64,000 nucleotides of DNA from a bacterium (GCA_965205865.1 CBDBHR010000029.1:96001-160000), one strand, 5' to 3'. Shown: positions 42,570 to 52,454, counted from the stretch's first letter. Notes: generated by a model not told the origin, from the letters alone. Made by a program: numbers and translations.

Positions 42570-43541
42570 TTAGCGGTCGAAAGGGGAGAGGATCCGGATC
42601 AGGATGCCTCGTTTGCGTTTCATCTTCGCGGTGCCGTAACTGCCCTCACCGCCCCGTAGCCGCGGATCGAGCAGGTCCCTGAGGGCATCTCCGAACATGT
42701 TGAGGGAGTAGACGACAATCGTCAGGCAAAGCCCCGGCCAGAGCGCCAGCCAGGGGGCCTGCTCCATGTACCGGCGCCCTTCCCGGCTGAGCATGCCTCC
42801 CCAGTCAGGAATGCTGGGTGGCAGACCGTATCCGAGGAAGCCCAGAGAAGCCAAAGACATAATCACCCCCCCGATGTTAATGGAGAAGATAATGATGACA
42901 GGTGCCATAATATTGGGCAGCACATGGTGGTTGAGGATTTTGCTCGTGGGAGTGCCCACAGCCTGGGCTGCCAGAAAATAGTCATTTTCTTTGATACCGA
43001 TAACGGCGCTTCTGATGACTCTGGAGCCGCTGATGCCTCCGGCGATCCCCAGCACCACGATGATCTGGGGAAGACCCTTTCCTACAATGGACATGATGGT
43101 CAGCAAGAGCAGTAGTCCCGGGAAGGCCATCCAGGCATCGACAAAGCGCTGCACCGCCAGATCCAATTTACCACCAAGGAATCCTGAAGTGCCGCCGATC
43201 AGGACAGCGATGACCACATTGAGTACGGTCGCCGCCAGACCGACAAGCACGGAGATACGCGCCCCGATGATCAGGCGGCTGAGTAAGTCTCGTCCCGCCT
43301 GGTCGGTCCCCAGAAGATACTGGGATGATGGGCCCTGAAGCCTGTCTATCAGGTGCATTTCCTTATAGGGATAAGGCGCCAGCACATCGGCAAAGATCGC
43401 GACAAAAATCAAGATCAATACGATAATCCCGCAGAACGTACCCAGGGGCTTTTCCTTGAGCAGCCTGATCAAGAAATCCGCCAGCCGGGAACGTCTCTTT
43501 GGCTCGCTTACTGGTGATGGTATCCCTGTGAGATCACTCAT
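42570..43541 (-). CDS. Peptide/nickel ABC permease (DppC-like), operon 1
   Basis: 'LGTDQAGRDLLSRL', 'HVLPNI' and 'NMFGDALRDLLDPR'. Confidence 0.93.
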   Translation of the reverse strand: MSDLTGIPSPVSEPKRRSRLADFLIRLLKEKPLGTFCGIIVLILIFVAIFADVLAPYPYKEMHLIDRLQGPSSQYLLGTDQAGRDLLSRLIIGARISVLVGLAATVLNVVIAVLIGGTSGFLGGKLDLAVQRFVDAWMAFPGLLLLLTIMSIVGKGLPQIIVVLGIAGGISGSRVIRSAVIGIKENDYFLAAQAVGTPTSKILNHHVLPNIMAPVIIIFSINIGGVIMSLASLGFLGYGLPPSIPDWGGMLSREGRRYMEQAPWLALWPGLCLTIVVYSLNMFGDALRDLLDPRLRGGEGSYGTAKMKRKRGILIRILSPFDR

Positions 43542-43626
43542 ATCCCTGATTTTTCTATAATACAGTCCCGGAGGGACTTCTTCTTACATACGAATCTCAA
43601 ACCTATATTTACCCGAAGCATAACGA

Positions 43627-44583
43627 CTATTCATACCGCACCCTCGGGTCCAGATAGGGATAAATCAGGTCGATGAGGAGATTGAGCAGCACCACGCCGG
43701 TGGCAAAAAACAGGTTGACTCCGGAGACCACCGGGTAGTCTCTGTTATTGAGGGCATTCACCAGGAGACGACCGATCCCCGGTAGGTTGAAGATGTTCTC
43801 CATGATCACCGCGCCCCCGACCAGGATCGGCAACTGCAGGCCGATCAGGGTCACCACCGGGATGAGGGCATTTTTGAGGGTGTGTCTGATAATCACGACC
43901 CGCTCCCGGAGCCCCTTGGACCAGGCGGTGCGGATATAGTCCTGCCGGAGCACCTCCAGCATCATGGTGCGCATCATCCGCATGGTGGCAGCCGCCGAGG
44001 CCGTTCCCAGAATCAGGCTGGGAATGAGGAACACCGCCAGGTTCCCCAGCGGATCTTCAGTCAAGGAAACCAGCTCCAGCGGCGGCGCCCAGCCCCACCA
44101 GAGGGCCGGGTAGATCATGACCATGATGCCCAGCCAGAAGTTCGGCGTGGCCAGGCCGATGACGGCGAGGGAGCGCCCCAGGAAGTCGGCGACGGTATCC
44201 TGGCGAATCGCCGAGTAGATGCCAACGGGCAGCGCGATCACCAGCCCGATGAGAATTGCCATCAAACCAAGCTCGAGGGTGACCGGCAGTCTACCTATTA
44301 TCTTCTCCTCGACCGACCAGTGGCCCAACAGTGAATTGCCAAGGGTGCCGTGCAGCAAGATACCTCCCATCCAGCGTCCGTACTGCACCCAGACCGGCAC
44401 GTCCAATCCGAGCCGACGCTCCAGCGCTTCCCGGTCGATGTCACCAGCCAGGTATTGCATGTCGCCCACCATCGCATCTATGACATCGCCCGGGATGAAG
44501 CGGACCGAGAGAAAGACCAGGATGCTCAAGATGAACAGCGTAGGAATGATGAGCAGTAATCTCCTGATGATGTAGGCTCTCAT
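43627..44583 (-). CDS. Peptide/nickel ABC permease (DppB-like), operon 1
   Basis: 'YIIRRLL', 'QDYIRTAWSKGL' and 'ENIFNLPGIG'. Confidence 0.93.
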   Translation of the reverse strand: MRAYIIRRLLLIIPTLFILSILVFLSVRFIPGDVIDAMVGDMQYLAGDIDREALERRLGLDVPVWVQYGRWMGGILLHGTLGNSLLGHWSVEEKIIGRLPVTLELGLMAILIGLVIALPVGIYSAIRQDTVADFLGRSLAVIGLATPNFWLGIMVMIYPALWWGWAPPLELVSLTEDPLGNLAVFLIPSLILGTASAAATMRMMRTMMLEVLRQDYIRTAWSKGLRERVVIIRHTLKNALIPVVTLIGLQLPILVGGAVIMENIFNLPGIGRLLVNALNNRDYPVVSGVNLFFATGVVLLNLLIDLIYPYLDPRVRYE

Positions 44584-44692
44584 TCGCTTCTACCAGAAAA
44601 AGATGTGCTGCTAGTTATCAGCTAATCGCTAAAAACCCCTCCCCCCCTGGGGAGGGTGAGAGGGACAAACGAAGCGAGTTTCGAACGTTTGC

Positions 44693-46480
44693 TCAAAAAC
44701 CCATTTCTTTCTTCAGCTCCTGGTCAACCCAGAGGCGGGCGAAGAGCGGCATTTTCATCAACCCTCCTAATCCACCTTCGCCGTTATACCCTTTGATCCA
44801 CGGCTGGACTACATTAAATAATGGGGTGTCGGGACCCCATATTACCCAGTGCTTCTTTATCACGTGCATATCCATCTCTATAGCCAACGGTTTCTGTTCC
44901 TCAAAGGTGCTAGCGGCTACGGCTTTCTCGTACAAGGCGTCGTAAACCGGGTCGTTGGCTGCAACTGCGTTCGACATACCGTCGGACTTAAACATCCGCA
45001 CCATCAGTATTGGATCAGCTATACCCGCAGTTCTCGTCTGAATCATATCAAATTCTCTGGTTCTTATAGCCTCCCCACGTTGGGTGTAGTTAATTGTTTC
45101 GATCTCCATCTCGACTCCAATCTTACGCCAGTATGCTGCGATTAATTCGGTAAAGCTCATGTCCATCACGTCCCCGTGCTTGTACACGAACTTGAACCTA
45201 ATGCCATCCGAGCCGCGAGGATACCCGGCCTCATCAAGCAGATTCTCTGCTCCCTCAGGGTCATAGGTATAGGCCTTCTTGACCTCCTGAGGCCACTCTT
45301 CAAACGGGATGTAAAACCCATCCATCGCTATCACCCCCATAGGTGTCGTATCTCCATAATCCTTAAAGTAACTATTGTTGACCGTCTCCAGGTCAAGGGC
45401 CATCTGCAAGGCCCAGCGCACCCGGATGTCGTCAAAGGGCGGCTTACTCACGTGGGGAGTAAAAATGTTTTCATTACCTTCCGAATACGGGTAAATCACG
45501 AGTTCGGGATTGGTCTGCTTGAGCTTCTCTATCAGGTCGATAGACGCAATTTGGGACCCTCCCGACCAGCCTACGAAGTCAACCTTACCAGTGCGTAGTG
45601 CCGCCAGATATGTTGATTTCTCCGTCATGATCTGGACCCTTAACTTATCAATGTAGGGCAGACGGTTCGCCGGGAACTTCTCGTCGTAGTCCCAGTAATC
45701 AGGATTCTTGCTGTAGGCAAAAAAGCTACCGTCGACATAGTCAGTCAGCATGAAGGGACCAGTACCTACCAGGTTCCTCCAATCCTCCATGTTCCCGTGT
45801 TCCTTGATCACCTCGGGGGGATTGATCGCTATACTATACCAGTCCGTGATAACGTTCACAGCACGGAGGTATGGCTGCTTCAGCTTAAAAACAACGGTAT
45901 ATCGGTCTGTGGCCGTTATCGACTCCCATTGGGGCTGCCCGAGCTCACCTATCCCTGTGCTCGGTTCCGTGAAGCCGCTTCCTATACCCAACATACGATG
46001 AAAGTTAAATACGACATCATCCGCAGTTAATTCTCTCCTATTCATCGGCGCCTTGTTATGCCAGTGAACGCCCTTGCGGATGTGGAAGGTATAGGTGAGG
46101 CCGTCCGGGGAAATATCCCAGCTTTCAGCCAGCGCACCCTTTATCACGTGTATAGGCATCATGTATCCGCCCAGAAAATGATATTCGTCCCTTTTCATTG
46201 CCCAGTCCAGCTTGCCCAGCTTCTCTACAACGCCACCGACGACGGTAGTCGCTGAAGGTGAAAGGTAAGTGTCAATCGGATATGTCCGATCGCTCTTCAT
46301 GACGAGGGTTATTGTCCCGCCATACTCCGGAGCGGTCACCATTTTACCAGTGGTGGGGTCTTTGACCATCTTCTTCTCAGCCGCAATGGCTGCCGGGCCG
46401 ACCCAAAAGGCGGCCACCATCAGGGTGAAGGTTAAAATAATGAATAATGATTGAATTATTCTGGTTTTTCTGGTTTTCAT
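44693..46480 (-). CDS. Family 5 solute-binding protein (DppA-like), operon 1
   Basis: Signal peptide, 'PEYGG', 'LAESW', 'VGTGPF' and 'PFDDIRVR'. Confidence 0.93.
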   Translation of the reverse strand: MKTRKTRIIQSLFIILTFTLMVAAFWVGPAAIAAEKKMVKDPTTGKMVTAPEYGGTITLVMKSDRTYPIDTYLSPSATTVVGGVVEKLGKLDWAMKRDEYHFLGGYMMPIHVIKGALAESWDISPDGLTYTFHIRKGVHWHNKAPMNRRELTADDVVFNFHRMLGIGSGFTEPSTGIGELGQPQWESITATDRYTVVFKLKQPYLRAVNVITDWYSIAINPPEVIKEHGNMEDWRNLVGTGPFMLTDYVDGSFFAYSKNPDYWDYDEKFPANRLPYIDKLRVQIMTEKSTYLAALRTGKVDFVGWSGGSQIASIDLIEKLKQTNPELVIYPYSEGNENIFTPHVSKPPFDDIRVRWALQMALDLETVNNSYFKDYGDTTPMGVIAMDGFYIPFEEWPQEVKKAYTYDPEGAENLLDEAGYPRGSDGIRFKFVYKHGDVMDMSFTELIAAYWRKIGVEMEIETINYTQRGEAIRTREFDMIQTRTAGIADPILMVRMFKSDGMSNAVAANDPVYDALYEKAVAASTFEEQKPLAIEMDMHVIKKHWVIWGPDTPLFNVVQPWIKGYNGEGGLGGLMKMPLFARLWVDQELKKEMGF

Positions 46481-46924
46481 ATTTCCTCTTACAATTGAAG
46501 TAAAATAAAAAGATGCGCCACACCATGAGGCGAATCGGTTTTTTGCAGTATCCGCCCAGAAAATGATATTCGTCCCTTTTCATTGCCCAGTCCAGCTGCC
46601 CAGCTTCTCTACAACGCCACCGACGACGGTAGTCGCTGAAGGTGAAAGGTAAGTGTCAATCGGATATGTCCGATCGCTCTTCATGACGAGGGTTATTGTC
46701 CCGCCAACTCCGGAGGGTCACGATTTTAAGTGGTGGGGTCTTTGACCATCTTCTTTCAGCCGCAATGGCTGCCGGGCCGACCCAAAAGGCGGCCACCATC
46801 AGGGTGAAGGTTAAAATAATGAATAATGATTGAATTATTCTGGTTTTTCTGGTTTTCAATTTCCTCTTCAATTGAAGTAAAATAAAAAGATGCGCCACAC
46901 CATGAGGCGAATCGGTTTTTTGCA
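46163..46924. repeat. Tandem duplication of 385 bp (46163-46547) with a degraded second copy (46548-46924)
   Basis: By my alignment the second copy differs by 8 deleted bases and 1 substitution. Confidence 0.9.
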
Positions 46925-47033
46925 GTAGATACGACGTCTGCTACGGTCAGCCCCCCAAAGAGGGCGAAAAATTTCTTTATTATACTCATAGTAACCTCGT
47001 TTAATTCGCACAATCGATTCACCCGCCCTGGGG

Positions 47034-47256
47034 AGAATCAGATTTTCGTAGCAGACACGACGTCTGCCACGGTCAGGCCCATGACGGGGGCCAGGAATTT
47101 TTTAATAAACATAATGACCTTTCTAATGATGGAGCGTAACTATAATAGAATCAGATTTTCGTAGCAGACACGACGTCTGCCACGGTCAGGCCCATGACGG
47201 GGGCCAGGAATTTTTTAATAAACATAATGACCTTTCTAATGATGGAGCGTAACTAT
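47034..47256. repeat. Exact 110-bp direct repeat (47034-47143 and 47147-47256)
   Basis: Identical sequence AGAATCAGATTTTCG...GGAGCGTAACTAT occurs twice. Confidence 0.9.
47038..47112 (-). CDS. Putative 24-aa micropeptide MFIKKFLAPVMGLTVADVVSATKI (second copy 47151-47225)
   Basis: SD AGAAAGG precedes the ATG. A paralog starting at 46989 differs at synonymous sites. Confidence 0.5.
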   Translation of the reverse strand: MFIKKFLAPVMGLTVADVVSATKI

Positions 47257-47336
47257 TCAGGTCTCTGAAAAACCCGTTTAGTTAAATATCATGTAACTAT
47301 TCAGGTCTCTGAAAAACCCGTTTATTAAATATCGTT

Positions 47337-47408
47337 AAAAAAGATTCCCGGAGAGGATCGATCGTTTTCAAGTCCTCCCACGATATTGTTCAATCGATCG
47401 GAAACCCT
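47337..47408 (-). repeat. Structured ~72-nt motif, three copies (47337-47408, 47573-47648, 49158-49229)
   Basis: On the minus strand a GGGTT(T/C)CCG...CGGGAATC closing stem is followed by a U-run, with a conserved core 'AACAATATCGTG.GAGGA.TTGAAAACGATCGATCC'. Confidence 0.8.
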
Positions 47409-47440
47409 CTTCTTTCATAAAAACACCTTAACGAAGACAT

Positions 47441-47468
47441 ATTATAACACAATAAAATGTAATGTCAA
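47441..47468 (-). promoter_or_regulatory. Consensus sigma70 promoter inside the IS66 right end
   Basis: TTGACA-N16-TATAAT with extended -10 TG. A homologous TTGACA-N16-TAGGAT lies at 49289-49262. Confidence 0.7.
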
Positions 47469-47666
47469 TCCCCTGATGTAAAATAAATTCGGGATTCGCA
47501 AAAAAAAACAAAAAATCAATAAATCTACTCAAATCCGGGGACAGTCAGAAGCCGTTCAGTTCAATAACATTGAAAAAAGATTCTCGGGAAGAATCCATCG
47601 TTTTCAAGTCCTCTCACGGTATTGTTCATTCGATCGAGCGGGAACCCTCCCACAGCTAATTTTGAA

Positions 47667-49070
47667 TCAAATGATACAAAAAGCCTGCGTTCCTTCAGCA
47701 GTTCGGAAGCCGCCGGAGATTTTTTGTTTCAGTTTAACCATGCGCACATCTCGCTCGGCTTGGTTGTTGTCAAAAGGAACCCGGAAGTCATCCATGAATA
47801 ACAAGGTTTCCTTTTCATAGAGGATCAAGCGATCGAGTAAATTTTTGGCTTTGCTCTGTTTGGGGCGTCCTCGTTTCTTTGTTTGAGGAGGGGGAGGATA
47901 GAGCTTAAGGGCTTCTTGGGTGATATCACGATAGCGTTGCCGGAAGTGATCGAGTTGGATTGGACTCAAAGCAGATTGTTCTTTGAACTTGGCTTGGTCT
48001 ACTTGCTCTTTGATCTCTACCAGTAAGTCGCTCATCTCCTGAGCCCACAAGGCCTTTTCTTGTTGATAGGCCCGAGTGAGTTCACGTAAATGATGCGCAT
48101 TGCAAAAGCCATGATCACACTCATAATGCTGGTAGCTCTCCCAGTGATCATGAATGGCTGTCTTTTCAAACTGAGGCAGGATACCGGCAGCATCCATTCC
48201 GGCTTGACCCCGTTTGTCGTGGATAAAATAAAAGGTCAGCTCTTCGGTAGAGGCTGAATGAAGCCAGCGACGTTGTTTGTTTTCAAACAAAGAGGTTTCA
48301 TCAAAATGAACCACCTCCGCTTGAATCAGAGCTTCAGCCACTTGTTGTTGGAAGGGATAAAGCCTATGGGCGGCTTGCCGGAGGCTGGCATAAATCGTGG
48401 CCGCATTGAGCGGCTGGCCGAACAGATCCTCAAAGAATTGCTGGCATCGATCAAAGGGCAGAAACTGATATTGATTGAGATAAACCGCTAAGCCTTTGAT
48501 CCGGGGACCATATTGAGTGGGCGCCTCTATCCCTGCTGGAAAGCTCGAGTGATTCAGATGCCGGCAGCAGGGACAAATTTTTTGTTCCACCTGGTGTTCA
48601 GTAACCTCTAATTGCAGAGAGGGGAGATCGAACACCTGACGTTTATGCGTGGCCTCAACCGCCACCTTGGATAAATCTTCTCCACAAGTTTCACAGGTGT
48701 TGACAAAATGAGGCTCCACATGATCTGGTGATTCACTGAAAGCCAAATGATGGCCTTGATGACCGGGTTGACCTCCGCGAGAGCGACCCCTGCTTTTACG
48801 TAAGCTTTTGTTCTTTCGACTTTGATCGGTGGAAGGAGGTTTACTTGAGTTTTGGCTGTTGAGAGCCAGCTGATCCAGAAGTTGCTTATTTTCTGTTTCG
48901 AGAGCTTCAATACGCTTATTTTCTATTTCGAGACGTTCGAGGAGTTTTAATCGCTCTTTCTTCCATTGGTCCCGTTCTTCTTCAAAGAGTTGACAGGCTT
49001 CTTGAAGAGCCTCAAGGAGGGAAGTCGATGAAATGGAATTAATATATTTTTTTTGAAATTTCGAGAGCAT
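47667..49070 (-). CDS. IS66 transposase, C-terminally truncated
   Basis: 'NSSKPPSTD', 'GGQPGH', zinc finger, 'HFDET', 'CNAHHLREL' and 'FDNNQAERDVR..K.KQKISG'. It stops at 'QAFCII', before the usual 'RSY.ST..K' tail. Confidence 0.9.
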   Translation of the reverse strand: MLSKFQKKYINSISSTSLLEALQEACQLFEEERDQWKKERLKLLERLEIENKRIEALETENKQLLDQLALNSQNSSKPPSTDQSRKNKSLRKSRGRSRGGQPGHQGHHLAFSESPDHVEPHFVNTCETCGEDLSKVAVEATHKRQVFDLPSLQLEVTEHQVEQKICPCCRHLNHSSFPAGIEAPTQYGPRIKGLAVYLNQYQFLPFDRCQQFFEDLFGQPLNAATIYASLRQAAHRLYPFQQQVAEALIQAEVVHFDETSLFENKQRRWLHSASTEELTFYFIHDKRGQAGMDAAGILPQFEKTAIHDHWESYQHYECDHGFCNAHHLRELTRAYQQEKALWAQEMSDLLVEIKEQVDQAKFKEQSALSPIQLDHFRQRYRDITQEALKLYPPPPQTKKRGRPKQSKAKNLLDRLILYEKETLLFMDDFRVPFDNNQAERDVRMVKLKQKISGGFRTAEGTQAFCII

Positions 49071-49520
49071 AAAATCCTTCCTGAATTTTATGCTATGCAA
49101 ATTCCGTGCTTAAATCGAAGGGGTCTCTAAAGAAACCTAAATAGTTACAATATCATTAAAAAAGATTCCCGGGGAGGATCGATCGTTTTCAATTCCTCTC
49201 ACGATATTGTTCCATCGATCGGGAACCCTTTCATTCACTAAAACAATTTAGCGATGGCATGATCCTAGCACAACAAACCGCGATGTCAATCCCCTGATGT
49301 AAGATAAATACGGGATTCGCAATCGCTCGAGTCGTCTGCATACATCTATTTCCTTTAAAAATTGGAAATTCAGCAGACAAACAATATTATTACCAAACGT
49401 CTCTAATATATTTGAAACAGTGCTGTCCCGCGGAAAAAAGACTTGTCAACAGCGTGCGCAACCTTTACGATTGCAAAAAGCGCTCATTTCGATTCTTCAT
49501 CAATTTCAAAGGAGCTCGAT

Positions 49521-49796
49521 ATGACTTTTGAAGAATTGGCCTCCCTTGCCGATCCTCAGCGGATTGAGAACGATCACATCAAAGCTATTTGGTATGAACT
49601 TCAAGGCAATTGGAACAAGGCCCATCAAACTGTTCAGAACATGAGCACCGTTCATGCAAAATGGATCCACGCCTATTTGCATCGTAAAGAAGGCGACATT
49701 GGTAATAGCAAATATTGGTATCGCGCTGCGGGGAAAGAATATCCGGGCAATATAGATTTTAATAAAGAACTAGAAGCCATCTTCATGGATTTGTAG
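49521..49796 (+). CDS. Conserved hypothetical helical protein
   Basis: 'W..AH..VQ...WIHAYLHRKEGD..N..YWY' family motif. AAGGAG SD. Confidence 0.75.
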   Translation: MTFEELASLADPQRIENDHIKAIWYELQGNWNKAHQTVQNMSTVHAKWIHAYLHRKEGDIGNSKYWYRAAGKEYPGNIDFNKELEAIFMDL

Positions 49797-49815
49797 ATGG
49801 TTTTTCTTCAATTTA

Positions 49816-50940
49816 TTAAGGTCTGTTAAGCGTTTCCCTGTAGATCTCCAACGTTTGTTCAGCAGTCTTCTCTTTAGAGAATTCTTGCACGAATTTCCGG
49901 GCTTCAGAGATCAAACCCGTGCGAAGTCCGCTATTGCTCAAAACTTCCTGAACAGCCCTTGCCAGTCCCGCCGTGTCTCCAACCGCAGCCGTTAAACCAG
50001 TCAATCGATTGCGAACGATTTCAGGCAGGCCACCTGCTTCAGTGGCTACAACTGGGGTTCCGGCAACAAATGCGTCGAGAACCGTCGTACCCAGCCCTTC
50101 GGTTTTGCTCGTGAAGAGCAGAAGGTCGAGTTCGGATAGGATTGCCGGGGCATCTTCTCGAAAGCCTGTCAACACGATGCGTTTCTCGAGACCTTTGGCT
50201 GTCACCAACTCGCGGATCATTCGTTCCTCTCCCCCGTCTCCTCCCACGATGAAATAAGTCGCATCCAACCTTTCCCGCAGTAGTCGTTCGGCGACTTCGA
50301 CAAACGTCCGATAGTCCTTGTGTCCGGCAATCGCGGAGACGTTGCCGATTAGAATATGATTTTCAGGCAGTTGATATTCCTTACGCAAAGCAGGCTTGAA
50401 TTTCTTAGAAAATTTTTCGAGGTCAACGCCGGAATACACGACCTCGAGCCGGTCTGCGCCTCGGAGAACGGGTCTTATCATATCTGCAATGAAGCGAGAA
50501 ACGCATACGATTGTACGTACACTCGCGTGATTGTACTTCCATTGAGAAATTACACCCTCACCCACCGGAATGTCGACACGCCTGCTGACGACGCCAGGGA
50601 CGGAATTTCCGAACAGAGCAGACGAAAGAACTATGAGAGAATGGGCGTGCGAATCATGCGCATGCATCAGGTCAATCCCATTCCTCTCACAGACGCGTCT
50701 GAGCGTCAATGCGCCAGGGAGATCGAATGGAGACCGTCTTTGATAGCAATGATGTGGCATCCCTTGAGAAAGGAAATAGCGTTCGGTAGACGAACCCTTG
50801 GGAGAGAAGAGCAGTTGTTCCACTCGCCGTTTGGCCATCTCCTCGACAAGATACGCAATTTGTTGCTCACCTCCACGCCAGGTTTTTGCTGTTGAGATAT
50901 GGAGAACCTTCAATGTTTTTTTTCTATATTGAACGCTCAT
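49816..50940 (-). CDS. Glycosyltransferase family 4 (GT-B)
   Basis: 'TWRGGEQQ', 'HAHDSHA' and 'EGLGTTVLDAF..GTPVVAT..GG.PE'. Confidence 0.9.
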   Translation of the reverse strand: MSVQYRKKTLKVLHISTAKTWRGGEQQIAYLVEEMAKRRVEQLLFSPKGSSTERYFLSQGMPHHCYQRRSPFDLPGALTLRRVCERNGIDLMHAHDSHAHSLIVLSSALFGNSVPGVVSRRVDIPVGEGVISQWKYNHASVRTIVCVSRFIADMIRPVLRGADRLEVVYSGVDLEKFSKKFKPALRKEYQLPENHILIGNVSAIAGHKDYRTFVEVAERLLRERLDATYFIVGGDGGEERMIRELVTAKGLEKRIVLTGFREDAPAILSELDLLLFTSKTEGLGTTVLDAFVAGTPVVATEAGGLPEIVRNRLTGLTAAVGDTAGLARAVQEVLSNSGLRTGLISEARKFVQEFSKEKTAEQTLEIYRETLNRP

Positions 50941-51106
50941 ATACGCATTTTGAGGCTTCAGGCGGTAGTCAGAAAATTTTATCCCTCGAATTGTAGCCTG
51001 TAATTTCCTGATTCCAGGCTTGACCAAGAATCCAAGGCGTTGCCATGCTATCTCGTTCCTTGATCCCGGACCAAATCTGGAATGATAAATTATTGAATTT
51101 ATTAAT

Positions 51107-51364
51107 TAACCTGAGTTCGAGATAAGAATTTAATAAATTCAATATGTTATGGAATCTTCATATCTTAGAGAAACCTTGTCATTCCTGCGAGATCCGTGCG
51201 TACGCAGGGAAGGAATCCAGAGGTATGCAGCCAGACTGAAATCCGGATCCCCGCTCCCCGTTCCCCGCATTCGCGAGGACAAGTTTCGCGGGGACAAATT
51301 TCGCGAGGATGACAAATACACCAGGATACTCATATTATTGAAGATTTATGTCGAACTCAGGTTA
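51107..51364. mobile_element. MITE copy 2 (expanded internal palindrome)
   Basis: Same TIRs and arms as 4982-5179, with extra sequence inserted into both internal hairpins. Confidence 0.85.
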
Positions 51365-51562
51365 ATTATTTTTCAAATATAGAAAAACCACGACCAGCCG
51401 GATAACGGTTGTATTGTTTCTAATACAGTCAATCACAATGCACGAAATTGATACAATATGTTACAAAAAATTACTTTTTTGAAAAGAATTTCTGCCTTCT
51501 TTTTGAGACCATACAATTTATTCACCGCAGTCATGCTGCGATGAGATATTGTTTTACCAATA

Positions 51563-51592
51563 GATACGCCGCTGCTTGCCGCGGGGTTGTTC
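51563..51592. repeat. Short GC-rich palindrome resembling an IS200/IS605-type end hairpin
   Basis: ATACGCCGCTGCTTGCCGCGGGGTTGTTC, with no associated transposase. Confidence 0.35.
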
Positions 51593-51621
51593 ATTACGAA
51601 TTTATAAGAAGGGAGTTTATT

Positions 51622-52083
51622 ATGTTGCAAATATTGAGCGATACGATTGAGGATTTGCACCCCATTACGGTTCATTTCCCGATTGCCCTCTTGGTAGTCA
51701 GCGCTGGATTGAGCGTTGTCTTGCGCTTCAAACACATTGCCAATTTGCGAGAAACATCCTGGCTTTTATTGTGGATTGGAACACTGGGGGCCCTTGTTGC
51801 CAGTGTCACAGGAGTCATTTCTCATTTTGAAGCAACTGATTTGCATGATGTGATTGAAACTCATCAAATGTGGAGTTTTGCCGTCACTGTTTTTTTCATT
51901 GCTCTGACAATTTGGCGCTGGCGTTCTCGCGCGCGGAGAACTGATGTTGGGGAATCTCCTTTATACTTGATCCTCATTTTGATTGGAATGATTGGACTGA
52001 TTTTGTCCGGAATGACCGGCGGAGATTTAGTCTATGACTATGGAATTAATGTCAGGGGAACGAATCCTTTGTTAGAACAGTGA
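51622..52083 (+). CDS. DUF2231-type 4-TM membrane protein
   Basis: 'LHPITVHFPIALL', 'ETHQ' and 'TGGDLVYDYG'. Confidence 0.8.
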   Translation: MLQILSDTIEDLHPITVHFPIALLVVSAGLSVVLRFKHIANLRETSWLLLWIGTLGALVASVTGVISHFEATDLHDVIETHQMWSFAVTVFFIALTIWRWRSRARRTDVGESPLYLILILIGMIGLILSGMTGGDLVYDYGINVRGTNPLLEQ

Positions 52084-52106
52084 TGGAGAAGTGAAGGAGT
52101 TGAATA

Positions 52107-52454
52107 ATGAAAGCATTGGATTTGGCAATGCAATATATGGAAATATTTTACTCAGGGAGTGACATTGAAACATTGTCTCCATTGTTTGCAAATGACTTTA
52201 TTTTCGAAGGGCCCTTTTTTCATTTTGATTCTGCCAAAGGTTATCTCGATTCTCTGAGGAAGAATCCGCCCAAAGACATGAAATATGAAATAATTTACTC
52301 CTTCGAAAAGGAGAATTGCGCTTGTTTGATTTATCAGTTTTCGAAAAAAGATAAATCAACCCCAATGGCACAGGTATTTGACCTGTCTGGGGATAAGATC
52401 CATAAAATTATTCTCATATTTGATACGAGCACTTTCAGGGGAATAGGGGAGTGA
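52107..52454 (+). CDS. SnoaL-like / NTF2 family protein
   Basis: Size and pattern 'LFANDFIFEGP...DKIHKIILIFD'. AAGGAG SD. Confidence 0.7.
   Translation: MKALDLAMQYMEIFYSGSDIETLSPLFANDFIFEGPFFHFDSAKGYLDSLRKNPPKDMKYEIIYSFEKENCACLIYQFSKKDKSTPMAQVFDLSGDKIHKIILIFDTSTFRGIGE

Larger units (their letters stand above)
47293..49148 (-). mobile_element. IS66-family (ISBst12-like, single-ORF) element with 8-bp target duplication
   Basis: TIRs GTAACTATTCAGG and GTAACTATTTAGG. AATATCAT flanks both ends (47285-47292 and 49149-49156). Confidence 0.9.

Noticed and set aside
47045-47072. Guanidine-II (ACGR-loop) riboswitch-like hairpin
   Set aside because: The ACGAC loop is on the + strand, opposite to the downstream genes, and the paired tetraloop geometry is not met.
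46900-47650. Repeats as a CRISPR array or mini-array
   Set aside because: The units are 44-385 bp duplications without unique equal-length spacers, and no cas genes are present.
51139-51382. Short ORFs on both strands
   Set aside because: They lie inside MITE copy 2 and arise from its palindromic sequence.
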